Below are positions 28,183-38,524 of a stretch of 64,000 nt of DNA, one piece after another (the first letter of the stretch is position 1; each line of letters begins with the position of its first letter). The notes beneath the pieces were generated by a model. That model was not told where the DNA came from. It saw only the letters and a program-made list of their open reading frames with translations, and ran no database searches. Position numbers and translations under genes: made by a program. The DNA is from Candidatus Krumholzibacteriota bacterium (GTDB taxonomy: Bacteria; Krumholzibacteriota; Krumholzibacteriia; JAJRXK01). The stretch is taken from positions 32,001-96,000 of the forward strand of contig CAVXTH010000008.1 in the NCBI GenBank assembly GCA_963764625.1, written 5' to 3'.

Positions 28183-30083
28183 GTTCGCGGAGCGCTCGTG
28201 GGCTCGTCCCACCTCTTCCATTCTTCCCCCAACACTTCCAGGATCGCCGGCGCCATTTCGTAGTGTCCAAGCGGCGGCATGATGTAGGCCCCCTGCACGC
28301 GATCCTTCAGGTTCAAGAGCGATTCCTGGGCGATCTTCACGCCTTCCGCCCGCGCCGCCTTACCCGGTTTGACCGACTGCATGCGCCGGCGAATCTCCTC
28401 TGGAATGTCCATCCCCGGCACGTTGGCGTGCAAAAATTCCGCGTTCCGGTAGCTGGCCAGAGGAAGCAGGCCCAAAAGGATAGGAATCCCCAGGTGCTCG
28501 ACATCGTTCAAGAATCGCTCGACGCGTTGTGGTTCGTAGACAGGCTGGGTCATGACGAAATCGGCGCCGGCTTCGACTTTCTTTTCCAGTCGACGAATCT
28601 CACGTTCATAGTCCATGGCGGCGGGTTCTGCGCCCGTGCCCACCCAAAAATGCGTGGGCTCGTCGATAGGCTTCCCGGTCGGATCGAGTCCATGGTTGTA
28701 CGCGCGCACCCAATGCAAGAGCCCGATGCTGTCGAGGTCGTAGACCGCGGTCGCGTCCGGGTAGTCACCCACCTTCGGAGGATCTCCCGTGATGATGAGC
28801 ACGTTGCGAATGCCCAAAGCGTGCGCGCCGATCAGATCGCTCTGCAGACCCAAGAGGTTGCGGTCACGACAGCAGACGTGGAGCAACACCTCCGCATCCG
28901 TCTTCTCTCGCATCAGGAGAGCCATGGCCAGATTGCTCATGCGCACGCTGGCGCGTGGACCGTCGGCGATGTTGATGATGTCGACGCCGGCCTCGGTGAG
29001 CATTTGCGCCGCGTCGAGGCTTTCGCCGGGATCGAGCGAGGTGGGCGGATTCACTTCGACCGAGACCACGAATTTGCCCGCCGTCATCTTGCGAGCAAAG
29101 ACGCTTCGCTCCTCCACCGGAACCCGCTCCACTCCGACCGGATTGTCCTGCCGGAGTTCGACGGTGGTCGCGAGGGTCTCGTCTTTCCGCGTCACCGAGA
29201 TGGCGCCCCCCATCATGCGCACCGCGCTTCGCAGCCGCCGGATGTGCTCAGGCGTGGTCCCGCAACAGCCACCCACCGCGGAGATTCCCGCTTTCAACAT
29301 GCGCCGCCCCATCACCCCAAAGAACTCCGGGTTGGCCACGTAGATGGTGCGGCCCTCTAGACTCTTGGGGGATCCCGCATTGGGTTGGCAGATGACGGGG
29401 ACGCCGTGACCGAGCATGCGGCGGCTCACCTCGAAAACGAGCTGGGGCCCTTCCCCGCAGTTGGCGCCGATGGCGTCGGCCCCCCAGTCGACCAGTGCGT
29501 CTGCCACCGCCTCCGGGGTGCTCCCGTCGCCGAGCTTTTGATCGGTCTCGAAGCGGAGAGTTGCGACAAGAGGGGTGTCGGGAAAGCTGTCCTTCGCCAC
29601 CCGAATCACCAGGTGCGCTTCTGCGAGCTGCGAGAAGGTCTCCAGAAGAAGAAAGTCTACTCCGCCGTCGAGCAGGGCGCGCATCTGCTCGCGGTAGACC
29701 TCGCGGTATTCCTCTGCCGCCGGCCCCAAGAAGCACGCCGTGCCCAGACCGGTGGGGCCGATGGCTCCGGCGACCCATGCGCGCCGGCCCGCCGCCTCTT
29801 GGGCCAACTCCCCGGCCGCTCTGTTGATGGCCTCGACTTTGTCGCCGAGATTGAAGTGCGATAGGCGGGTGCGGTTCGCCCCGTAGCTGTTGGTGGTCAG
29901 AACTTCCGCGCCGGCTTCCAGATAATCCCGATGGACGCTGAGCACCAGACCGGGACGCGTCAGATTCAACTCTTCGAAGGAATTCGTCAGATAGACGCCG
30001 CGACGGTACAGTTCGGTGCCGATCGCGCCGTCGAATAGCAACGGACGATCCTTCAAGATCTCCAAGAACGGATGCGTGCTCAC
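28179..30083 (-). CDS. yitJ: bifunctional homocysteine S-methyltransferase / 5,10-methylene-THF reductase
   Basis: FDGAIGTEL, GANC, GGCCGTTPEHI; MTHFR half SVEVNPP, CRDRNLLGLQS, TGDPP, MTQPVY. Confidence 0.93.
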   Translation of the reverse strand: MSTHPFLEILKDRPLLFDGAIGTELYRRGVYLTNSFEELNLTRPGLVLSVHRDYLEAGAEVLTTNSYGANRTRLSHFNLGDKVEAINRAAGELAQEAAGRRAWVAGAIGPTGLGTACFLGPAAEEYREVYREQMRALLDGGVDFLLLETFSQLAEAHLVIRVAKDSFPDTPLVATLRFETDQKLGDGSTPEAVADALVDWGADAIGANCGEGPQLVFEVSRRMLGHGVPVICQPNAGSPKSLEGRTIYVANPEFFGVMGRRMLKAGISAVGGCCGTTPEHIRRLRSAVRMMGGAISVTRKDETLATTVELRQDNPVGVERVPVEERSVFARKMTAGKFVVSVEVNPPTSLDPGESLDAAQMLTEAGVDIINIADGPRASVRMSNLAMALLMREKTDAEVLLHVCCRDRNLLGLQSDLIGAHALGIRNVLIITGDPPKVGDYPDATAVYDLDSIGLLHWVRAYNHGLDPTGKPIDEPTHFWVGTGAEPAAMDYEREIRRLEKKVEAGADFVMTQPVYEPQRVERFLNDVEHLGIPILLGLLPLASYRNAEFLHANVPGMDIPEEIRRRMQSVKPGKAARAEGVKIAQESLLNLKDRVQGAYIMPPLGHYEMAPAILEVLGEEWKRWDEPTSAPRT

Positions 30084-32038
30084 TTGATGAGCTTCTCCAT
30101 CTCGGTGAGAGTGTCTGAGAAGCTGTCGAGCGCGGCCTCGATGGCATCGGGCTTCGTCAGATCGACTCCGGCCTTTTTGAGCAGAGCCAGCGGGGGTTCA
30201 CTGCAGCCCCCACTCAACATGTCCAGAAAACCCTTCTGGGCCTGCTCCGGATGGTCCCCCCGCAAGCCCTGCGCGATCGCGATGCCGCTCGAGAGGCCGG
30301 TGGCATAGGTGTACACGTAGTACTTGTAGTAGAAGTGCGGAATGTACGCCCACTCCATGCCGTCGTTTTCATCAACCGTGTACGCCGGACCGTAGTAGCG
30401 GTGGATCAGGTCGGTGTAGGTCTTGTTCAGAAGGCTGGCGGTGACGGGAGTTCCTGCCTCCAGAAAGCCGTGCACGCTGCGTTCAAATTCGGCGAAGAGA
30501 GTCTGCCGGTAGATCGTGGTGCGAATCTTCTCGAGACGATTGCTCAAGAGATAGGCGCGTTCGGCATCGTCCTTCGCCTGAGAGAGAAGATAGTCACCCA
30601 GCAGGGCCTCGTTGCACGTACTCGCGATCTCGGCCAAGAACGGAACGTAGCGGAAGTTGGGATAGGGTTGGTGCGTCATCGCCAGATGGCTGTGAATGGC
30701 GTGGCCAAATTCGTGCGCTAGGGTAGACTCGTCGTCCTGGCGGTTCTGGAAGTTCAGGAGCACATAGGGATGATTGCCGTAAACGCTGGAGGAAAACGCT
30801 CCGCTCTGCTTGGATCGTTGCGGATAGATGTCCATCCAGCCGTTGCTCGGGTCGGTGCCCTCATTCAGTATCTTTTGGTAATCCGAACCGAGAGGTTTCA
30901 GGGCCTTCAAAATGACTGCGCGTGCCTGATCGAAGGTGACTTCCTTTTCCACTCCTGGAGTCATGGGGCGGTACAGGTCGTAGAGATGCAGATCGCTCAG
31001 CCCCATCGCCTTCTTGCGCAGCGCCATGTAACGGTGGAGCAGATCGAGACGTGAGTTCACCGTCGAGACGAGGTTGTCGTACACCTTCGTCGTCAGGCCG
31101 TCCTTGTCCAGGTACGCCTGCAGGGCGGTGTCGTATCCCCGCGCGCGGGCGTATTCCACGTCGAGTTGATCCTGACCCGATAGAGTGGCGGCGAAGGCGT
31201 GCTGGAACTGGTGGAGCGTACCGAAGAACGCGCTGACCGCTTCCTTGCGCACGTCACGGTTGGGTGAGCTGCGGAACCGTTCGTAGCTCGCGAGCGTCAT
31301 TTGCACTTCCTTGCCCTCTTCGTCGTGGACCATGGGCCAGGAAATGTCGGTGAGCAGAGAGGTGAACGCGGTCTCTAAGGGAGAAGGAATCTCATTGAGA
31401 TCGATCTCGGCCCAGAGGTTGTCGCCCATCAGACCGAGGATGTGTTCCGACTCGGGGCTGAGGACCCGGGAGCGGCGCCGGCGCAGATTCTCGAGATACG
31501 AGCGAAAGGTCTCCATGCCGGGTTCTTGCTCGTAGGCTTTCTGCATGGTGGCGTCATCGATCGCGAGCACCTCGCCACGGATGAAGGCCGACTTCTGCAT
31601 GAGCTCGTCCATCAGGGCCAGGGCCTGGGTCTCCATGGCCTGCGCGTGGTCGTCGTCCTGCGCCACGCTCGAGCGCAGATTCGCGTAAAGGGTGCAGTGG
31701 TTGATCCGATTGTGGAGATCGAAATAGAGAACCAGGCATGGCTCCAGTTGCTGAGGATCGCTCAGAGTTCCCTTGAACGCGGTAAGGCTGGGAATCTGCT
31801 TCTTTAGTCCATCCATTGCCGTTTGCCAGGCCGCCTCGTCTTGAAAGAGCGGAGTGAGATCCCATTTGTAGCCCACCGGCACCTCCTCGCGGGTCGCATT
31901 GGGGTCGGGAACGTAGGCAGCATCGCCGGCTCGCGCCGCCAAAGGCCTGGCGAACCACGACGCGACGACGACGCTCAGCAGCAAGACGAATGTGAAACCG
32001 TACGGCGGCAACGCATGTCGCAGCGTGGACTTCTTCAT
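30080..32038 (-). CDS. pepF: oligoendopeptidase F (M3B) with signal peptide
   Basis: YKWDL, KQSGAFS, TLAHEFGHAIHS, AEIASTCNE, WAYIPHFY, YTYATG; GAGGTG RBS. Confidence 0.93.
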   Translation of the reverse strand: MKKSTLRHALPPYGFTFVLLLSVVVASWFARPLAARAGDAAYVPDPNATREEVPVGYKWDLTPLFQDEAAWQTAMDGLKKQIPSLTAFKGTLSDPQQLEPCLVLYFDLHNRINHCTLYANLRSSVAQDDDHAQAMETQALALMDELMQKSAFIRGEVLAIDDATMQKAYEQEPGMETFRSYLENLRRRRSRVLSPESEHILGLMGDNLWAEIDLNEIPSPLETAFTSLLTDISWPMVHDEEGKEVQMTLASYERFRSSPNRDVRKEAVSAFFGTLHQFQHAFAATLSGQDQLDVEYARARGYDTALQAYLDKDGLTTKVYDNLVSTVNSRLDLLHRYMALRKKAMGLSDLHLYDLYRPMTPGVEKEVTFDQARAVILKALKPLGSDYQKILNEGTDPSNGWMDIYPQRSKQSGAFSSSVYGNHPYVLLNFQNRQDDESTLAHEFGHAIHSHLAMTHQPYPNFRYVPFLAEIASTCNEALLGDYLLSQAKDDAERAYLLSNRLEKIRTTIYRQTLFAEFERSVHGFLEAGTPVTASLLNKTYTDLIHRYYGPAYTVDENDGMEWAYIPHFYYKYYVYTYATGLSSGIAIAQGLRGDHPEQAQKGFLDMLSGGCSEPPLALLKKAGVDLTKPDAIEAALDSFSDTLTEMEKLIK

Positions 32039-32248
32039 TGAGATCACCTCGATGGACTCCAGGCAGGAATGAATGCGGACCGAGATCGATTCTGACTCGA
32101 TCTCGCAGTCCAAGGAGGATCGGCCATTCACCGCTCTGGGTCAAGGGAGCGAGGTTCGGTGAACCCCGCGCACTGCTCCTTGAAGCGGGCGGCACGCGCG
32201 GCCCGTAGCCAATTGACCCCGAATCACCTCGATGTCACACTCTGTCTC

Positions 32249-34339
32249 ATGCACACCGCCCTCCCCTTGACCTCCGCCTTGCTGTGGATTCGCTTCGCAC
32301 TTGGCGCCGTCGCGCTCGTCTGGCTCCCCGGTCATCTTCTGGCGGGACGGTGGCTGCGCGCGCAGGATGCGCTGAGCCGATGCGTGGTGTCGATCTCGGT
32401 CGGCCTCGTCCTACCTTTCGTGTATTTCGCCCTCCTGGGACGCCTCGGGCTTCCCTTCCGGCCGCTCTATTACCTTCCCGTAGTCCTGATCCTCGGCGGG
32501 CTCTCCTCCCTCTGGTCCACCTACCGGCTTGCGATCGCGAACTGGTCGGAGAATCTCGGGGCGCTGGGCCGCGTGGAGGTCGTGGCGGCATCGAGCGCCG
32601 TGCTCCTTTCCTTTCTGCTTCTTCTCGCCGGATTCTCGCAGATGCCTGCGCCACCCCACATCCTCGATGCTTCGAATCACGCCTGGCTCACGCTGCGGAT
32701 CGTGGAGACGGCCAGTCTGGATGCCGCCAGAATCAACGGAGACTTGGCCGGGAGAGTGGAAGTGGGGTATCTGCCGGGGCTCCACGCATCCGCGGCGCTG
32801 ATCGCGCGCCTCTGCCGCGTCGCCCCCTACGTTTCGGTATGGATGCTGACGCTGCTCCTGTGCGCCATGATTCCCGCCGCCTGGTCGCTCCTCTGGCGAG
32901 GGTGGGGAGTTCCCCCCCTCGCACTTTCCCTGGCACTCCTTCTCTGCGTCGCGAATCCACTGGGGCCGGGCGGCATTCTGGGCTGGGGGGGGTTCGGACA
33001 GATCGCCGGCTTCTTTCTGGTGCCGGTGGGAGCGCTGGCGGTGCGCTCTGTCTGGCGCAAGCCCAGCGTGCCCGCAGGATTGGTGGCGGGGATCTTCCTC
33101 GGGGGTCTGGTCTTCGTACACGCGAGCGAAGTGGGGGTGGCGCTGGGAGCCGCCCTTCTCTGTCTCGACGGCCGCATCCACAAGCATCTTCGCGCCGGGC
33201 TGGTGATGCTGGCAGCGATCCTGGTTGTCTGTGGTCCGGAGGTTTGGCACGTCGCCGCGGACTATCCGCGGACGATCGCGGCCGAGCTCCCGCTGCGCAA
33301 GGAGTTCCTCGATTCGCTCACGCGTCTGTGGCGTGCCGGGGGACACGGTATCGTGTTCCAAGTCCTTTTGCCGGCGGGGTGGATCTTGGGGCTCAGGACC
33401 GCTTGGGCTCGCCGCCTCGCGCTCACCAGTCTCATCCTCGGCGCGTTCTATTTGCTTCTGCAGACCCTGGCCGATCCCTTTACGCGTTTGCTGGCGACTC
33501 CTTTCTACCGCCAGGCCCCTCGCATTCTCTACCTGCAGTTCTACTTTCTGCCTCCCCTTTTGGCCCTACCTCTCACGAAAATCTTGCGCCACGCTCGCGC
33601 GGGTGCGAAGGCAAATGTCGGCTTCATCTTCAAGACTTCGTTCCTGCGCGGTCTGGTCGGCGGCCTGCTTCTGGCTGCGCTCGTCCCCGGACTCACGCGC
33701 GTCCTAGAGAACTATCGTTCCTGCCGTTCGCTCGTTCCCTTCACGGTGGATGACTATCGGCACGCGCAGGCTCTGCATGCCCTGGTGCCCGATGGCGCGA
33801 TGGTGGCCAACCTGTGGGACGACGGGAGCGTGTGGGCCATGCACGTGAGCGAGAGACCTTTCTTGCAACCCTGCGCGTGGCCCCTCATCAGCCCCTCGGG
33901 GAAATCTCTGCACGAGCTGAGCAAGGGTCTAGCGGATGACCCCTGGCCTCAGGAGACGGTGCGTCTGCTGCAACGCCTTCGCATTCACTATCTCTACGTG
34001 AGTGACGGCGTGTGGGGAAAAGGCAGCGGCCTGCGTCGAAAGGATTTCGACGCCGACGCACGCTACCGAATTTTGCTCGCAGGCTCTCAGTTCCACTCTC
34101 TATGCCATTCGTGGCGCGCCGGATCCTCCTTTTTACCCGCCATTCTCCTCTTCCTCGCTCGCCACCGGCGCATTCAGGTTGGCCCGATAACTCTCGTCGA
34201 GGAGCATCGCGACCAGAGCGGCGCCGCCGTTGCTCTCTCCCAATTCCTTGGCCATGGGCACGAAGCGTCGCATGCGCTCCAATTCGAGATTACTGCAGCC
34301 GCGAAGCCTCGACTCGAGCTGCGCGATGAGGCGCTCTGA
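32249..34339 (+). CDS. polytopic membrane protein (DUF6541-like, GT-C-fold-like); true 3' end uncertain
   Basis: More than 10 hydrophobic segments, DASNH and Y.PGLH motifs. The ORF overlaps the helicase by ~200 bp, so a frameshift near 34090 is possible (the alternative frame reads STLYAI). Confidence 0.65.
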   Translation: MHTALPLTSALLWIRFALGAVALVWLPGHLLAGRWLRAQDALSRCVVSISVGLVLPFVYFALLGRLGLPFRPLYYLPVVLILGGLSSLWSTYRLAIANWSENLGALGRVEVVAASSAVLLSFLLLLAGFSQMPAPPHILDASNHAWLTLRIVETASLDAARINGDLAGRVEVGYLPGLHASAALIARLCRVAPYVSVWMLTLLLCAMIPAAWSLLWRGWGVPPLALSLALLLCVANPLGPGGILGWGGFGQIAGFFLVPVGALAVRSVWRKPSVPAGLVAGIFLGGLVFVHASEVGVALGAALLCLDGRIHKHLRAGLVMLAAILVVCGPEVWHVAADYPRTIAAELPLRKEFLDSLTRLWRAGGHGIVFQVLLPAGWILGLRTAWARRLALTSLILGAFYLLLQTLADPFTRLLATPFYRQAPRILYLQFYFLPPLLALPLTKILRHARAGAKANVGFIFKTSFLRGLVGGLLLAALVPGLTRVLENYRSCRSLVPFTVDDYRHAQALHALVPDGAMVANLWDDGSVWAMHVSERPFLQPCAWPLISPSGKSLHELSKGLADDPWPQETVRLLQRLRIHYLYVSDGVWGKGSGLRRKDFDADARYRILLAGSQFHSLCHSWRAGSSFLPAILLFLARHRRIQVGPITLVEEHRDQSGAAVALSQFLGHGHEASHALQFEITAAAKPRLELRDEAL

Positions 34340-35545
34340 CACGACCTTTTCCAGGTCCTCGTCGCTTGGCGCATCTTTTTCTTCGAAATCGATGGAGTAG
34401 AGATCCTTGATCTGGCTCACCCGCATCCTCTCCATGCGATACGCGAGGGTGATGGCCCGTCCGCCCGCTCCGGCGCGTCCGGTGCGTCCCGCGCGATGCA
34501 CGTAAACCTCGGGATCTTCAGGAACCTCGTATTGGAACACGTGGCTGATCTCCTGAATGTCGATTCCACGCGCGGCCACGTCGGTCGCGACCAGAAAGCG
34601 GAGGGTGCCCTTGCGAACCCGGGTGAGAACTTTCTCGCGATCTCGCTGCCGTAGCTCGCTGCTGAGCGCGTCCGCGTCGTAGCCGAAACGCTGTAGAATG
34701 AGCGAAACGTAGTTCACCTCGACCTTGGTGTTACAGAAGATGATCGCGGTGGTCGGATTCTCCAGTTCGATGAGCTTGACCAGCACTCGGTCCTTTTTCA
34801 TGTCGGGAACCGAATAGAGAACGTGGTCGACTTCGGTGACGTGGACTTGATCCCGGCTGAGACTCAACATTCCCGGATGATCCAGAAAATCGCCAGCCAG
34901 TCTCATGACATGGTAGGGAAAGGTCGCGGAGAACATGTAGCCGTTGCGCGGATTCTTCCCCAGAAAACTGCGTACTCGCTTCATGTCTTGATAGAATCCC
35001 ATCGACAACATGCGGTCGGCTTCGTCGAAGACGAGAATTTTGACGCGATCGAGCTTGAGTGTCCCCCGCATGAGATGGTCGAGAATCCGCCCCGGCGTGC
35101 CCACCACGATGTGCGCGCCCTTGTTGAAGGCCTCGATTTGCTTCGCGTACCCAACACCCCCGTAGACGGCGATGGTGCGTACCCCGGGGGTGGCCAGAAT
35201 CTCGGCATGATCGTAGACCTGCTGCGCGAGCTCCCGCGTCGGTACCAAAATGATCGCCTGACACTGGGCGAGATCGGGGTCGATGCTGTGGAAGATGGGC
35301 AAGAGAAAGGCGCCGGTCTTACCACTGCCGGTACGAGACTGGATCATGAGATCGCGATTCGCCAGAACGTAGGGAATCGTCTTCTGCTGTACCGGCATGA
35401 GCTGCTCCCACGAAGCTCGCGCACACGCTCTTTGCATGTCCTTGGGAAGGTCCTTCAGTTGCACCGGCGGAATCGCATTTTCCGGTTCGACGAGTTCGCC
35501 CACTAAATGTTCCTGTGGGTCAGTGGACTTTTCTTCGACTTCCAC
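34133..35545 (-). CDS. DEAD-box RNA helicase
   Basis: TGSGKT, PTRELA, TPGR, DEAD, SAT, ARGID, HRAGRTGR. Confidence 0.96.
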   Translation of the reverse strand: MEVEEKSTDPQEHLVGELVEPENAIPPVQLKDLPKDMQRACARASWEQLMPVQQKTIPYVLANRDLMIQSRTGSGKTGAFLLPIFHSIDPDLAQCQAIILVPTRELAQQVYDHAEILATPGVRTIAVYGGVGYAKQIEAFNKGAHIVVGTPGRILDHLMRGTLKLDRVKILVFDEADRMLSMGFYQDMKRVRSFLGKNPRNGYMFSATFPYHVMRLAGDFLDHPGMLSLSRDQVHVTEVDHVLYSVPDMKKDRVLVKLIELENPTTAIIFCNTKVEVNYVSLILQRFGYDADALSSELRQRDREKVLTRVRKGTLRFLVATDVAARGIDIQEISHVFQYEVPEDPEVYVHRAGRTGRAGAGGRAITLAYRMERMRVSQIKDLYSIDFEEKDAPSDEDLEKVVSERLIAQLESRLRGCSNLELERMRRFVPMAKELGESNGGAALVAMLLDESYRANLNAPVASEEEENGG

Positions 35546-35697
35546 TTCGGGGGGTACGCTCGGCGACGGATGGGAACGTCCGTGACGAACGCGGCGGCGG
35601 CGGCGAGGAGGGCTGTGTCACTTCTTTGTACCTCTATGCAAATTGTCCATTCTATTCATTTCCCCTGCATGGTAGCAGCATATGCGCTCTTTCGCCC

Positions 35698-36855
35698 TCA
35701 GTACATCTCGTAGCAGGCAAGGCGACCGTCGAGCGGACCGCTCTTGAGAGCCCGTTTCCAGCTGGGATGCAGGCCTACGCTCTTGAGCAGCTCCTTCTCG
35801 CCCACGTAGATGAGGGCACGTGAGCCGCGGCAATTCCGCTTCAAGAAGTCGCCTAGCTCGCCCAACAGAAGCGCGTGATCGGCCTCGCCTCTCAGGCGAC
35901 GGCCGTAGGGGGGATTACAGACCAGAACCTGATCCTCTCGCTCGGACAACCCCCGAAAGTCTCCCACCCGCCATTCGATTCTGTCCCCGAAAGGAAGGAG
36001 GCGGCTGTTTTCTTTGGCCACCTCGAGATTCTCCGCGGACGCGTCGTTGCCCAGCAGTATTCCATACGGCAATTCACGGATCCGGGCGGCGGCTTCCTCT
36101 TTCACGCGCGCGAAGAGCTTGGTGTCGTGGTCGGGGAGGTTTTGAAACCCGAATCTCTTCCGTAGATGGCCCGCGGGAATCCGGCAGAATTTCATCAGCG
36201 CTTCGCAGAGCAGGGTCCCCGAGCCGCACATCAGATCCACCAGAGAGCGATCTCCTTCCCACCGGCTCAGCTCGATGACGGCGGCGGCCAGGGTCTCCAT
36301 CATCGGAGCCTCCACCGAGCGCGCCCGGTATCCCCGGCGGTGCAACGATCCTCCCGAGCAATCCACGCTCACGGTGGCGTGGTTACGATGCACGTGCAGA
36401 TGGAGCCAGAGCTCCGGGTTCTTGGGGTCGACTCTCGGGCGCTTTCCGGTTCTCTCCCGCCAGAAGTCCACCACCGCGTCCTTCACCACACGAGAGGCGT
36501 ACTGGCTGTGCCGAATCCGGCTTTGGCTGAGATTCGCGGTCACTGCGAAACTCGATTTGAGCCCCAGCACTTGCTCCCATGGCAGTTTGCGAAGCGTCTT
36601 GTACAGATACCGGGAACTGTGGCAGTCGAAGCTAATGAGGGGAGCCAGGACTCTCGTGATGAAGCGCGCCCGGTAATTGACTTCGTACAATGCGCGCTCG
36701 TCGGCATTGAAATACATACCGCGGTAGGCATTCTTGATGTCCGTCGCCCCGAGCTCCTCCAGTTCCCCGCGCGCCAAGTCCTCCAGCCCGTCCGCGAGTT
36801 GCGCGAAGAACCTGCGGCCCAACTGATAGGAGAATATGGGCTCGGGAACCGTCAC
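35698..36855 (-). CDS. THUMP-domain class I SAM-dependent rRNA methyltransferase (RlmL-like)
   Basis: SLHRRGYR, APMMETLAA, DLMCGSGT, NPPYG.R. Confidence 0.92.
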   Translation of the reverse strand: MTVPEPIFSYQLGRRFFAQLADGLEDLARGELEELGATDIKNAYRGMYFNADERALYEVNYRARFITRVLAPLISFDCHSSRYLYKTLRKLPWEQVLGLKSSFAVTANLSQSRIRHSQYASRVVKDAVVDFWRERTGKRPRVDPKNPELWLHLHVHRNHATVSVDCSGGSLHRRGYRARSVEAPMMETLAAAVIELSRWEGDRSLVDLMCGSGTLLCEALMKFCRIPAGHLRKRFGFQNLPDHDTKLFARVKEEAAARIRELPYGILLGNDASAENLEVAKENSRLLPFGDRIEWRVGDFRGLSEREDQVLVCNPPYGRRLRGEADHALLLGELGDFLKRNCRGSRALIYVGEKELLKSVGLHPSWKRALKSGPLDGRLACYEMY

Positions 36856-37646
36856 GGGAGGGAGGGCAACATCAATTCTCCTCGGATGGTCTCCACCGCG
36901 TGGCCGCCGATGTGCACCCGATTGCCGTGGATTTCACCAACCACTTCTCCACCTCGTTCAGAGAGTTGCCGCGCTGTGAGGTGGTCTTTTCCCAGGCGCT
37001 TGCCCCAGTACGGGAGGAGCGTGCAAAAAACAGAACCGGTCACCGGATCCTCGGGGACCCCCACTTTGGGCGCGAAGAACCGGCACACGAAATCGACTTC
37101 CTTGCCTGGAGCGGTCGGGCACACCCCCATGACGTCGAGCTGCTTCAGCATCTCCATGTCGGGGCGTAGAGCGCGCACGTCCTCCTCGCTCTGAAGAACC
37201 GCCAGAAGATCGCGCGCTTCTCCGCACCATTCCGGCCGCACTCCCAGGGCTTCGACCAGCCGAGGGTCGATCGGAACTTCCTTGGCCGGTCGCGCCGGAA
37301 AATCCAGCCAATGGCGTCCGTCATGGCGAAGGACGCGCAGCTCGCCGCTGCGTGGGCTATTGAACACGACTTCGCGTCCCTGGGCGCGACCGTCGAGAAA
37401 GAGCGCAAAGGCGGCGGCCAGAGTGGCGTGACCACACAGATCGATCTCGACCGAGGGCGTGAACCACCGCAGTCCCCACGATTTTCCCTGGGGGACCACG
37501 AAAGCGGTCTCCGAGAGGTTCTTTTCCCGCGCGATGGCCTGGAGGACCTTGTCGGGCAACCACTCGTCGAGAATGACCACCGCGGCGGGATTTCCCGCGA
37601 ACGACTGATCCGCGAATGCATTCACTTGGTGAAACGGAAATTTCAT
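36852..37646 (-). CDS. PhzF family isomerase
   Basis: F.GNPAAV, NLSETAFV, FTP..EIDLCGHATLA, EDPVTGS. Confidence 0.93.
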   Translation of the reverse strand: MKFPFHQVNAFADQSFAGNPAAVVILDEWLPDKVLQAIAREKNLSETAFVVPQGKSWGLRWFTPSVEIDLCGHATLAAAFALFLDGRAQGREVVFNSPRSGELRVLRHDGRHWLDFPARPAKEVPIDPRLVEALGVRPEWCGEARDLLAVLQSEEDVRALRPDMEMLKQLDVMGVCPTAPGKEVDFVCRFFAPKVGVPEDPVTGSVFCTLLPYWGKRLGKDHLTARQLSERGGEVVGEIHGNRVHIGGHAVETIRGELMLPSLP

Positions 37647-37759
37647 GTCGACAGTCCTTGAGAGGCAATCACGAGTCGCGAGCCGAAGCGGCCGCACGCG
37701 CCAGTCCGGCTGTCAAGATGCTCGGCATTCGCCTCGAAAGTTGCAAGCTCGAAGAAAGG

Positions 37760-38011
37760 TCAGCTCTTTAGATCTTCCTCCCGGCGAGTTTCATCGCCGT
37801 TCTCGTAGGAAGCGAGGAGTTGGCGGGCCGCTTCGGCGAAAGGCTCCGGAACGATGAGTCTCATGCCCTCGCCCAGATGCATTTGCGGATACATGCCGCC
37901 GACGTCGTCGTTGAGCAGTCGGCAGGGGATGCCATTGGCGATCAAGAGCCCCTTAGCGATTTCCGCCTGCGGAACCTCCGTGTAGCGAGCGATCTCGACT
38001 TCAGCACTCAT
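37760..38011 (-). CDS. DUF2007-like small protein
   Basis: AEIAKGLL.ANGIPC...RL.VPE...E.ARQLL pattern. Confidence 0.8.
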   Translation of the reverse strand: MSAEVEIARYTEVPQAEIAKGLLIANGIPCRLLNDDVGGMYPQMHLGEGMRLIVPEPFAEAARQLLASYENGDETRREEDLKS

Positions 38012-38069
38012 GATGACACCTCGAGCCCGTGAATGGTCGATCCGCGAGGGTGATACTCTCGCGGCGGTT

Positions 38070-38297
38070 TCAGTGGATCCGCGCTTTGATCAGGTCGATC
38101 ACTTCGTCGCCCTCGGGAAATCTCTCCACTTCGTACTTGGAGAAGATCAACTCGTCATCGAGCTTCACGTCGAAGATGCCGTTGCGCCCCTCGATGAGCT
38201 CGGGCTTGAGCTTGAATTTCTTCTGGATGCGCTCCGCCAAACTGGCGGCATGAGGGAGGTAGTTTCATTGAACGCAATACTGAATGCTGATTTTCAT
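38070..38297 (-). CDS. Rdx/SelT-SelW-SelH family selenoprotein (UGA = Sec at codon 11)
   Basis: Read-through gives MKISIQYCVQUNYLPHAASLAERIQKKFKLKPELIEGRNGIFDVKLDDELIFSKYEVERFPEGDEVIDLIKARIH (75 aa): CxxU, G.FDV, IFSK...RFP. Confidence 0.9.
38227..38251 (-). promoter_or_regulatory. bacterial SECIS-like hairpin
   Basis: CCGCCA-GTT-TGGCGG stem-loop with a G in the apical loop, starting about 16 nt after the in-frame TGA (38265-38267). Confidence 0.7.
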
Positions 38298-38524
38298 GCC
38301 TTCGACTCCGGAAGCTGAAAGGATGATTCTCTCCTCGCACGATAGGCCGAGGATATCGCTCTCGCAACCAGAGGCGCCAGGGAAGACCCGGGCTGCCCAG
38401 TGCCTCGGCGTAGCGGGGACTGGACGTGATCGCCGAAAGGGTGGAAAGTTAGGGTCGAGCGCTGGCGCCCAGACGAGACGCCGGATTTTCAAGAGTAACC
38501 TTTCATCTCCAGGGCATTCCGTCC

